From IMG/VR virus record IMGVR_UViG_3300030380_006483: DNA of 64,000 nt, one strand, 5' to 3'. A program made the position numbers and the translations under genes. Of this stretch, positions 49,320 through 57,525 are shown piece by piece. Each line of letters starts with the position of its first letter. Positions within the stretch are counted from its first letter, which is position 1. Under the pieces are notes generated by a model, which was not told the origin of the DNA, ran no database searches, and saw only the letters and a list, made by a program, of their open reading frames with translations. This DNA comes from a virus.

Positions 49320-49839
49320 ACCTGCATTTACTAGAGAAGAATTAAAAGAAAAATTCTCACATTTACAAAAACTAAATTATAATCAATTTAGATGGTGGAG
49401 AATGTATGATGTAAAAAAGAAACCATTAGCGGCATATTGTTCATTACGTGATCGTATAGCAAATGGTGATTATGATTTTTCCCATTATTGGTATCAGGCA
49501 GCGTGGGTAGAACATGATATAAATGACTTAGCAATTGAATGTAAAGATGATGCTGGATTATTCTCAGAAAAGGTTCAAGTGCTGAGTGCGCGCCGTAAAC
49601 GTTTATATGAGGATTATGAAAAAGATGAAAAATGGAAGTTAGATGATTTAGTTAAAGAATTTTCTCGTAATTTTTATATAACAAAAGATGAAGCTATGTT
49701 GGAGATGGAAGAATTTGGTGGTACATTACTTGAGTTACATGATTATATTTCAACACATTCAAAATATAAATTAAAAGCAAATAAATCCCCCAGGGTAACA
49801 TTTAAAAAAAGAGGTAGACCTAAAAAAATAGTAGCATGA
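49309..49839 (+). CDS. Hypothetical protein
   Basis: 176 aa; C-terminal KKRGRPKK (AT-hook-like). Confidence 0.55.
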   Translation: MVYKPAFTREELKEKFSHLQKLNYNQFRWWRMYDVKKKPLAAYCSLRDRIANGDYDFSHYWYQAAWVEHDINDLAIECKDDAGLFSEKVQVLSARRKRLYEDYEKDEKWKLDDLVKEFSRNFYITKDEAMLEMEEFGGTLLELHDYISTHSKYKLKANKSPRVTFKKRGRPKKIVA

Positions 49840-50000
49840 AAATAAATAAACACCCCGATCCAAAAAAACATTTAATAGCATCACTTATAAAATCAGTAGT
49901 TAGACTACTTGGATATTTTGCTCTTTGGTATGATATTAGTATAGCAGCTACTTTACTAATTTTATCTGAAATGATAGGTATAGGTGAAGAACTAGTTTAA
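49836..50000 (+). CDS. Unlisted 54 aa membrane protein
   Basis: MKINKHPDPKKHLIASLIKSVVRLLGYFALWYDISIAATLLILSEMIGIGEELV*; ATGA overlap. Confidence 0.55.
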   Translation: MKINKHPDPKKHLIASLIKSVVRLLGYFALWYDISIAATLLILSEMIGIGEELV

Positions 50001-50564
50001 ATGAATAAGATCATACATCCTTTTCAATTTCCTATATATAGTAAAAAATTATCAAGTTCTAATTTTTTAAAAATAAAAAATGATGTAGATATATTTCTTC
50101 AAAATAATACTTTAACAACACCTATTAATTGGGATTGCAATACTTTAAGTAGTATAAATATCCCCCCAGATAAAAATATTAATAGCCCTACTTTAATAAA
50201 TGAAATTCATAAATCATCATTAGAGTATTATAAAACATGGGAATTTGAAAATAATTTTAATTTAACCCTTTATCATATGTGGGTTAATATAGCCTCCCCA
50301 GGAGATTATCAAGAAGTTCATCACCATATTCCTTCACTATTTAGTGGTGTTTTATATATAGATTGTTCTGAAAAAAGTGGAAATATTTCTTTTAGAAATC
50401 CTTTAAAATCTGAATTTGGTTTAATGGGAATTGAAAAAAATATTACAATTACCCCTGAAATGGGATTATTAATTTTATTTCCTTCTTGGTTAGAACATTC
50501 TGTATTTGAAAATAAATCAAATAAAAATAGAATATCAGTTAGTTTTAATATAAATAAAAAATGA
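50001..50564 (+). CDS. 2OG-Fe(II) oxygenase-like protein 2
   Basis: MWVN...QEVHHH...FSGVLYI...GLLILFPSWLEHSV...RISVSFN. Confidence 0.85.
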   Translation: MNKIIHPFQFPIYSKKLSSSNFLKIKNDVDIFLQNNTLTTPINWDCNTLSSINIPPDKNINSPTLINEIHKSSLEYYKTWEFENNFNLTLYHMWVNIASPGDYQEVHHHIPSLFSGVLYIDCSEKSGNISFRNPLKSEFGLMGIEKNITITPEMGLLILFPSWLEHSVFENKSNKNRISVSFNINKK

Positions 50565-50806
50565 AAAAAATACTTTATTTTACAGCAGCATGGTGTGGTC
50601 CATGCCAAGCATTAGGTCCTATAATGGATTCATTACAAGGACAAATCAACTTTGATAAAATCGATGTTGATTCAAACACTGAACTATCAGCTCAATATGG
50701 AGTTAGAGGAGTTCCTTCATTAATTCTTTTAGAAAATGAAAAAGAAATTAATAGATTAGTAGGTGTACAATCAAAAGAGAATATACTTAAATTTTATAAT
50801 GGGTAA
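50561..50806 (+). CDS. trxA: Thioredoxin
   Basis: WCGPC active site and YGVRGVPSL. Confidence 0.95.
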   Translation: MKKILYFTAAWCGPCQALGPIMDSLQGQINFDKIDVDSNTELSAQYGVRGVPSLILLENEKEINRLVGVQSKENILKFYNG

Positions 50807-51467
50807 TTTAGATAAAATTTTTAAAAGTATTTATGTTGAAAAAAAATGGGGTTATAAAGATAATGATGTTTTTTACTCTGGTATGGGGTCACATTATAAA
50901 GATCTAGTAAACCCATATATAAATTCTATTAAAAATTTTACTGAAAATTTTAAAGAAAAACTTAACGTAATTGATATAGGTTGTGGTGATTTTAATGTAG
51001 GTAAACAACTATTACCTTATTTTAATAATTATACTGCTGTAGACGTTGTAGATTCTTTAATTAAATATAATAAAAATAAATTTAAAAACTTAAATGTTAA
51101 TTTTCAAACCCTAAATATAACTAATCAAACTATTCCCTTTACTGATGTAATTATATTAAAACAAGTTTTGCAACATCTATCAAATCAAGATATTTTTAAT
51201 ATTCTAAAAAATATATATTTAAAAAGCAAATACATAATTCTTACAGAAAGTATACCTTATGATTCTTTTACTCCAAATTTAGACATTAAATCTGGAGTTA
51301 AAACAAGAGTTGCAGAAAATAATAGTGGAGTAGATATACTTTCTTTACCATTTAATTTCCCTATTCAAGAAAAATTTATTACATTAACATTAGAAGAAAT
51401 GATTGAATCAGGAGAGGATAAATTAAAATATTTAACACAAACAATAATATATAAGCAATATGAGTAA
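50799..51467 (+). CDS. Class I SAM-dependent methyltransferase
   Basis: VIDIGCGDF, YTAVDVV and KQVLQHL; start reassigned to ATG 50799. Confidence 0.8.
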   Translation: MGNLDKIFKSIYVEKKWGYKDNDVFYSGMGSHYKDLVNPYINSIKNFTENFKEKLNVIDIGCGDFNVGKQLLPYFNNYTAVDVVDSLIKYNKNKFKNLNVNFQTLNITNQTIPFTDVIILKQVLQHLSNQDIFNILKNIYLKSKYIILTESIPYDSFTPNLDIKSGVKTRVAENNSGVDILSLPFNFPIQEKFITLTLEEMIESGEDKLKYLTQTIIYKQYE

Positions 51468-51924
51468 ATTTATATCAACAAAAATTTTTGATGGTTTTAG
51501 TTGTGTCTTTAGACAATGGAAAGCTGAAACTACACACTGTAGATACCTTCATGGTTATGGGGTATCATTTAAATTATGGTTCGAAGGTGAACTAGATGAA
51601 AGAAATTGGGTATGGGATTTCGGAGGAATGAAAAGAGCAAAAGGTCAAATAGATGGAATGTCTCCTAAAGCATGGATGGATAATATGTTTGATCATACCT
51701 TCTTAGTAGCAGAAGATGATCCCTTTAAGGAATCATTTATAAGAATGGATGAAGCAGGAGTAGCTCAAGTCAGAATAGTACCAGCTACTGGGGCAGAGAA
51801 GTTTGCCGAATTTATCTTTAATAAATTAAACCCATTTATCCAGGAAGAAACAGATGGTAGAGTAAAAGTAATAAAAGTAGAATTTAGAGAGCACGGAAAA
51901 AATAGTGCAATATATGAAGATTAG
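51460..51924 (+). CDS. queD: 6-carboxy-5,6,7,8-tetrahydropterin synthase
   Basis: HCRYLHGY, WVWDFG, FDHT, TGAEKFA and terminal REHGKNSA: T-fold PTPS/QueD motifs. Confidence 0.9.
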   Translation: MSKFISTKIFDGFSCVFRQWKAETTHCRYLHGYGVSFKLWFEGELDERNWVWDFGGMKRAKGQIDGMSPKAWMDNMFDHTFLVAEDDPFKESFIRMDEAGVAQVRIVPATGAEKFAEFIFNKLNPFIQEETDGRVKVIKVEFREHGKNSAIYED

Positions 51925-52678
51925 TCACGAGGTACCTAAGGTTTTATTAAATAATAGTCGAGAATGGAATGATTATGATTATTGTTTACCTCATCTTTTA
52001 GATGAAGATGAACAATATAAAAATTTTTTCTATGAATCTAAAAAACAAGGTCGTTATATTATTATGGATAATTCACTTCATGAATTAGGTAAAGCATATA
52101 ATCACGAAAGATTATTACACTGGATAACAGAATTACAACCAAATGAATTTATAGTACCTGATGTTTGGATGAAACAAGCCCAAACTTGTGCTCAGGCAAA
52201 ATATTGGTTACAATTTAAATATCCTAAAAATACTAAAATAGTAGCTGTAGTACAAGGTGAAGATAAAGTTAAAGCACATTTATGTGCTAGTTTAATTAGA
52301 GATTTAGGATATAATAAACTTTGTATATCTTATGGTGCGGGTTGGTATGGTGATAATCCTTTAAATAAAGCCCTAGGTAGAATAAATTTTGTTAAAGAGT
52401 TGTTAGAAGATAAAAGATATAAAGATACTAAATTTCATTTATTAGGTTGTGCTGTACCTCAAGAGTTTGGTTGGTATAGAAATGAATCTCAAATAGAATC
52501 AATTGATACCTCAAACCCAATAATGGCAGCTTTAGAAGGAATTTCGTACACAAAAAGTGGTTTAATAGAAAAACCAAAAGCAAATATGAATACTCATTTT
52601 GATATTGAACCTGAAAAAATTGATTATAATAAAATATTAAAAAACGTAAAAAGATTTAGAACAATAAATGGTTTATAA
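51914..52678 (+). CDS. TGT-fold protein, candidate DpdA-like 7-deazaguanine transglycosylase
   Basis: IIMDNSLHE, FIVPDV, VAVVQG, FHLLG and SIDTS line up with TGT/DpdA barrel motifs; lies between queD and queC. Confidence 0.55.
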   Translation: MKISHEVPKVLLNNSREWNDYDYCLPHLLDEDEQYKNFFYESKKQGRYIIMDNSLHELGKAYNHERLLHWITELQPNEFIVPDVWMKQAQTCAQAKYWLQFKYPKNTKIVAVVQGEDKVKAHLCASLIRDLGYNKLCISYGAGWYGDNPLNKALGRINFVKELLEDKRYKDTKFHLLGCAVPQEFGWYRNESQIESIDTSNPIMAALEGISYTKSGLIEKPKANMNTHFDIEPEKIDYNKILKNVKRFRTINGL

Positions 52679-52866
52679 TGGCAGAAATAATTAGACATAT
52701 TAGTGGAATGTGTGGTGAACATTTTCACCCAAACATTTGGCACCTTTTATTAGGTGGGGTTGGAATAACAACTATTTTATCGTATATTAGTTTATACTTA
52801 AAATGTAAATTTAAAGCGTTTGCCTATACGCTTAATAATACCTGGCAAAAATTTAAATTAAAATAG
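52678..52866 (+). CDS. Small protein with one hydrophobic segment
   Basis: 62 aa with CGEHFHP motif; coupled to the upstream gene. Confidence 0.45.
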   Translation: MAEIIRHISGMCGEHFHPNIWHLLLGGVGITTILSYISLYLKCKFKAFAYTLNNTWQKFKLK

Positions 52867-52868
52867 AA

Positions 52869-53663
52869 ATGGCAAAAAATGTCGTAGTATCCTTATCTGG
52901 AGGGATGGATTCCTCAACTTTATTACTTAGATGTTTATCTGAGTATGATAACGTAACTGCTTTATCTTTTGATTATGGTCAAAAACATAGAGTAGAATTA
53001 GAAAGGGCTCAATCATTAATTAACTATGTTAATGAAAATGGGCAAAATGTAAATTACCAAGTTATTAAATTAGATGGTTTAGTTAATTTATTAGAATCAA
53101 ATTTAGTAGATGGGGGTGATGATGTACCTGAAGGACATTATGAAGAAGAAAATATGGTTGCAACTGTAGTACCTAATAGAAATAAAATATTTGCTTCTAT
53201 TACCCAAGCAGTAGCATTATCTATAGCAAATAAAACAGAAGAATCTTGTGATATTGCTTTAGGTATTCATGCTGGCGACCACGCAATTTATCCTGATTGT
53301 AGACAAGAATTTAGAGATGCTGATGATGCAGCATTTAGAGTTGGTAATTGGAACTCAGAAACTGTGGGTTACTTTACACCGTATTTAGAAACAGATAAAT
53401 TTGGAATACTACAAGATGGACAAATCCTTGTTAAGAACCTTGGAATTGATTTTAATGAAGTATATAGACGTACTAATACTTCTTATAAACCTTTCCCTAG
53501 CGGTAATAGCGATTATAAATCAGCGAGTTCAGTGGAAAGGATTGAAGCATTCATTAAATTGGGTGTCAGTGACCCTGTACAATATGAGGACGAAACTGGG
53601 CCGGTAGATTATGAAGTTGCGAGAAAACATGTTGAAAAGTTATTAGCAGAATATTCGGAATAA
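52869..53663 (+). CDS. queC: 7-cyano-7-deazaguanine synthase (Zn-site cysteines absent)
   Basis: SLSGGMDS PP-loop, FDYGQKH, VPNRN and HAGDHAIYPDCRQEF. Confidence 0.9.
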   Translation: MAKNVVVSLSGGMDSSTLLLRCLSEYDNVTALSFDYGQKHRVELERAQSLINYVNENGQNVNYQVIKLDGLVNLLESNLVDGGDDVPEGHYEEENMVATVVPNRNKIFASITQAVALSIANKTEESCDIALGIHAGDHAIYPDCRQEFRDADDAAFRVGNWNSETVGYFTPYLETDKFGILQDGQILVKNLGIDFNEVYRRTNTSYKPFPSGNSDYKSASSVERIEAFIKLGVSDPVQYEDETGPVDYEVARKHVEKLLAEYSE

Positions 53664-53699
53664 TAATATTTATGGGTTATAAAATTAGAAAGTAAAAAA

Positions 53700-53843
53700 A
53701 TGCCAAAAATAAGTAAAGAAACAGGTAACCCACAAGTTAATACAGCTCGTGATAGTTTTAATAATAATGTACAAAAATTAAGTTTATTAGGGAAAACTAA
53801 AAAGGTGCAATGGGGTGATATGAGAAGATATCGCACCATTTAA
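53700..53843 (+). CDS. Unlisted 47 aa basic protein
   Basis: MPKISKETGNPQVNTARDSFNNNVQKLSLLGKTKKVQWGDMRRYRTI*; ATATTTAT at 53666. Confidence 0.5.
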   Translation: MPKISKETGNPQVNTARDSFNNNVQKLSLLGKTKKVQWGDMRRYRTI

Positions 53844-53847
53844 AAAT

Positions 53848-53920
53848 TGCGGGGTGGAGCAGAAGGTAGCTCGCTGGGCTCATAACCCAGAGGTCAGAGG
53901 TTCGAATCCTCTCCCCGCCA
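53848..53920 (+). tRNA. tRNA-Met(CAT), initiator type; CCA not encoded
   Basis: Cloverleaf with 1:72 mismatch (T/C), A11:U24, anticodon stem CTGGG/CCCAG with three G-C pairs, loop CTCATAA and T-loop TTCGAAT. Confidence 0.93.
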
Positions 53921-53927
53921 CTATTTT

Positions 53928-54446
53928 ATGGAAACAATAAATTTATTTCCCCAAATTTTAAAATCATTTAAGTATTCTAATAATACTAATTTTCTTTTAG
54001 AAGAAATAAATAAAATTAAAGCTTTATATCCAAATAAAGCTCCTTCTTTATTTAAAGATGCAATTTATACTTCTCCAAATTTTCTTTTTCAAAGTTATAA
54101 AAATTTTAAATTTTTAGAAAATGATATAAAATCATTAGTTTTAAAAAATTATAATAAAAATTGTAAAATTACTGATTCTTGGATTAATATATATTATAAA
54201 CATGGGTATAATGATTTCCATAACCATTTTAAAAATGATCTAGCAGGGGTATTATATTTAAAGGTTCCAAAATCTCATCCTGGGATTAATTTTCATAATA
54301 AACATAACCCTATTCAAATATTTAATTATAAACCTCCCTCTAATACAATAATCTTCTTTGATGGTGATCAATATCACAGTTCTTTTCCTAACCCTGAAAA
54401 TACTGAAAAAATAATTATAGCGTTTAATATATCTTTTAAAGATTAA
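53928..54446 (+). CDS. 2OG-Fe(II) oxygenase-like protein 3
   Basis: SWIN...NDFHNH...AGVLYL...IIFFDG..YHSS...IAFN. Confidence 0.75.
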   Translation: METINLFPQILKSFKYSNNTNFLLEEINKIKALYPNKAPSLFKDAIYTSPNFLFQSYKNFKFLENDIKSLVLKNYNKNCKITDSWINIYYKHGYNDFHNHFKNDLAGVLYLKVPKSHPGINFHNKHNPIQIFNYKPPSNTIIFFDGDQYHSSFPNPENTEKIIIAFNISFKD

Positions 54447-54498
54447 TATATTTAAACAAAAAGTTTACAATATTTATAGATATAAATTTATATATTAG

Positions 54499-56334
54499 AT
54501 GGCTACATTAACCAATAGGACTATAAGATCGACTTACGATCAACTTTTACAACTAGAAGATAATTTAATTCAAGACGGTTTTGGAACTCATTCTTTAAGT
54601 GGTTCCTATAATCTTACTGGAAGTCAATTTATATCTGGTAATCTTCATATTAATGGTACAGCTTCTATTGATTATTTAGTTTCTTCTTATGAATCATCAT
54701 CTATTATTTTTAGTTCAGGTTCAACAAAATTCGGAGATGACACTTCAGATACCCATGAATTTACGGGAAGTGTTCTAATAAGTGGTTCCGCTTTTAGTAC
54801 AAATTGGAGTGGATCCTTTACTGGTTCATTTATTGGTTTAGCAGATTCTTCATCTAATGCGACAAGAGCAGTTACTGCTTCACAAGCTGATAGAGCTACA
54901 ACATCTTCCCTTGCTAATAAGGCCTCTAATCTACAAATAGTTGGAGAAGATTCAAGTGCAGCCACTCATTATGTTCTTTTTGGCCCTAACTCATCAGGAG
55001 AATCTGATGTTAATGCAGATGGTAATTTAAATTATGTACCCAATACTGAAACTTTAACAGTTACTAAAGTAATAGGTAATTTAGAAGGAACAGCATCAAA
55101 TGCTGATACAGCATCTGTATTATTAGGTTCTGTAATTTCGGCTTCTCATTGTGAGACCGCTTCACTAGCAATTTCAACATCAGTAGTTAATGTTACTTCA
55201 ACTTCATTTGCAAACAGTGGTGATGGTCCATTTACTGGTTCATTTTCATCCAGTTTACCTTCATTATTATCCGGTTCATTTACAGGTTCCTTTACTGGCT
55301 CATTAGTTGGTAATACATCAGTTAGTAACATACTACAAACTGGTACTACTCAAACAACGGGATCTAATACTATTTCTGGGTCATTAACAATAACAGGAAG
55401 TTCAACTTTAGCAGTAAGAATAACTGGTAGTACAGCTTTAACAGGAAGTCTATTACAAAGTGGCAGTATTGTATCAACTGGAAGTTTATTACAAAAAGGT
55501 AGTACACAAATTTCAGGTTCTACTCTTTTATCAGGTTCATTACTTTTAACAGGTAGTAGTACCCTGGCATTAAGAGTTAGCGGTAGTACAGCTTTAACGG
55601 GTAGCTTACTACATAGTGGTAGTACAGCCCTAACGGGGAGTTTATTACAAAGTGGTAGTATTGCATTAACTGGAAGTTTATTACAGATTGGTACTACACA
55701 AACTACTGGATCTAATATTATATCTGGATCATTATTAATAACAGGTAGTTCTGCAATAGGACTTAGAATGTCTGGAAGTACGGCATTAACGGGTAGTGTT
55801 TTCCAAACAGGATCACTTAATGTAACTGGTAGTACTAATTTATCTGGATCTTTAGTAATAGTAGGAAATATTAATACGGGACAGGGTGTTACAGAAGTAT
55901 ATTTACAAAACCAAAATTTAAGAACAGCTGATTCAGTACAATTTAATGGACTAGGAGTTGGAACAGCACCATCAGGAGTAGCAGGAGCTATTTTAGCTAC
56001 TAATGATGTTGTAGCATTTGCTTCTTCAGATGAAAGATTAAAGGAAAATCTAGAACCAATTGGAAGTGCTACAGAAAAAATAGGACAATTAACTGGTTAT
56101 ACATTTGATTGGATTCCAATGGAAGGAATTCATGTACATTCAGGACATGATGTTGGAATTATTGCTCAAGAAGTAGAAAAGGTACTTCCTGAAGTTGTAG
56201 AAACAAGAAAAAATGGTTATAAAGCTGTTAAATATGAAAAACTTACAGCATTACTTATACAAGCCCTTAACGAACAACAAAAAGAAATTGATAACCTTAA
56301 AAGTAAGGTTGGATCGTTAGAAAATCGTTTGTAA
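54499..56334 (+). CDS. Orphan fibre protein with [ST]GS repeats and S74 chaperone
   Basis: Repeats and S74 domain nearly identical in places to 18826 and 23428; ATATTTAT at 54470. Confidence 0.85.
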   Translation: MATLTNRTIRSTYDQLLQLEDNLIQDGFGTHSLSGSYNLTGSQFISGNLHINGTASIDYLVSSYESSSIIFSSGSTKFGDDTSDTHEFTGSVLISGSAFSTNWSGSFTGSFIGLADSSSNATRAVTASQADRATTSSLANKASNLQIVGEDSSAATHYVLFGPNSSGESDVNADGNLNYVPNTETLTVTKVIGNLEGTASNADTASVLLGSVISASHCETASLAISTSVVNVTSTSFANSGDGPFTGSFSSSLPSLLSGSFTGSFTGSLVGNTSVSNILQTGTTQTTGSNTISGSLTITGSSTLAVRITGSTALTGSLLQSGSIVSTGSLLQKGSTQISGSTLLSGSLLLTGSSTLALRVSGSTALTGSLLHSGSTALTGSLLQSGSIALTGSLLQIGTTQTTGSNIISGSLLITGSSAIGLRMSGSTALTGSVFQTGSLNVTGSTNLSGSLVIVGNINTGQGVTEVYLQNQNLRTADSVQFNGLGVGTAPSGVAGAILATNDVVAFASSDERLKENLEPIGSATEKIGQLTGYTFDWIPMEGIHVHSGHDVGIIAQEVEKVLPEVVETRKNGYKAVKYEKLTALLIQALNEQQKEIDNLKSKVGSLENRL

Positions 56335-56344
56335 ATTACCTTTA

Positions 56345-57454
56345 ATGAGTTATAATATTTTAGGAATTAACAGCAGTCATAATGGCTCAGTTTGTGTTTT
56401 ATGTGATGGGGAAATTGATTTTTTTGTAGAAGAAGAAAGATTTTCTAGAAATAAACATGAAGATACACCTGTAGAAATTTTAAAATATGTTGCTTCTAAA
56501 TATAAAATTGATGAAATTGCTATTGGTGGTTTAGAAATTCTTTTTGAAGCAAATGCTTCAAAAATTTATCAAAATTATTTAAAACTTTTATTCAAAAATA
56601 CTCCACTTACTAATTTATTAGGATCCCATCATCTTTGCCATGCTTTTTCTAGCTTTAGCAGTTCAGGTTTTAATAAAGCTTTATGTGTAGTTATAGATGG
56701 GTCTGGAAGTTTATTATATAGAAAAGAGGATGAAAAATTAATAGGAGTAGAAACTGAAAGTATTTTTACTTTTAAATATCCTACAAATATAAGCACTATA
56801 TATAAATCTTATAAAACTTTTAATCCTAATGATGATAAAAGTACAGATAGTAAATTAATGAATTTTAATATTACTTTAGGAAAATTATATGAAAGTATTA
56901 CTACTAAATTATTTGGACATTGGGTGTATGCCGGTAAGACTATGGGTTTATCTTCTTATGGAAAATATGACAAAAATATTCCTTCATTAATAATAAACCA
57001 AAGAGCTAATCCTAAATTTTTAGCAGGAAAAACTACAACTAATATTAAAATGGATCTTAATGATGTTGAAGGTACCATAAATACAAAGTATGATTATTTA
57101 TTTAAAGAAGAATTAAAGTCTAATATATGTTATCATTTACAAAATGAGATACAAGAAGTTGTAGGAGATATAATAGAAAAATATGTAAAAAAAACAGGAT
57201 TAAAAAAAGTTTGTGGCTCCGGAGGTTATTTTTTAAACTGTGTATCAAACTATTATTTAAAAAAAAGATTTCCTGATATAGATTTTTATTTTGACCCAAT
57301 ATCAAATGATGCAGGTATAGCATTAGGTGCTGCTAAATTATTGTGGCATATGAGAAAAAATGATACAACCATAAGACCTCAAAAAACATTATATAATGGG
57401 CCAAAATATACTAATAAAGAAATTTATAAAAAAATTCAAGAATATTTGGATTAG
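56345..57454 (+). CDS. Carbamoyltransferase (NodU/CmcH) N-terminal Kae1-like domain only, copy 1
   Basis: HNGSVC...EEERFSR, HHLCHA, IDGSG, GKTMGLSSYG, GGYFLNCVSNY and NDAGIALGAA; stops after the LYNGPKY linker. Confidence 0.9.
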   Translation: MSYNILGINSSHNGSVCVLCDGEIDFFVEEERFSRNKHEDTPVEILKYVASKYKIDEIAIGGLEILFEANASKIYQNYLKLLFKNTPLTNLLGSHHLCHAFSSFSSSGFNKALCVVIDGSGSLLYRKEDEKLIGVETESIFTFKYPTNISTIYKSYKTFNPNDDKSTDSKLMNFNITLGKLYESITTKLFGHWVYAGKTMGLSSYGKYDKNIPSLIINQRANPKFLAGKTTTNIKMDLNDVEGTINTKYDYLFKEELKSNICYHLQNEIQEVVGDIIEKYVKKTGLKKVCGSGGYFLNCVSNYYLKKRFPDIDFYFDPISNDAGIALGAAKLLWHMRKNDTTIRPQKTLYNGPKYTNKEIYKKIQEYLD

Positions 57455-57476
57455 TTATATAGTTATATTATATTGG
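57445..57476 (+). promoter_or_regulatory. Putative Bacteroidota-type promoter for queE
   Basis: TTTG-N20-TATATTGG. Confidence 0.5.
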
Positions 57477-57492
57477 GACTAATATTAGTCCA

Positions 57493-57522
57493 AGTGACAG
57501 TAAAACCACTATAAAAAATTAA
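57493..57522 (+). promoter_or_regulatory. Candidate preQ1-I-like pseudoknot leader of queE
   Basis: AGUG/CACU stem, loop UAA able to pair with tail UUA, and AUAAAAAA tract, ending 3 nt before the queE ATG. Confidence 0.35.
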
Positions 57523-57525
57523 CAT

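Noticed and set aside
53848-53920. tRNA-Ile2 (lysidine CAT) or elongator Met
   Set aside because: The 1:72 mismatch, A11:U24 and three G-C pairs in the anticodon stem are initiator determinants.
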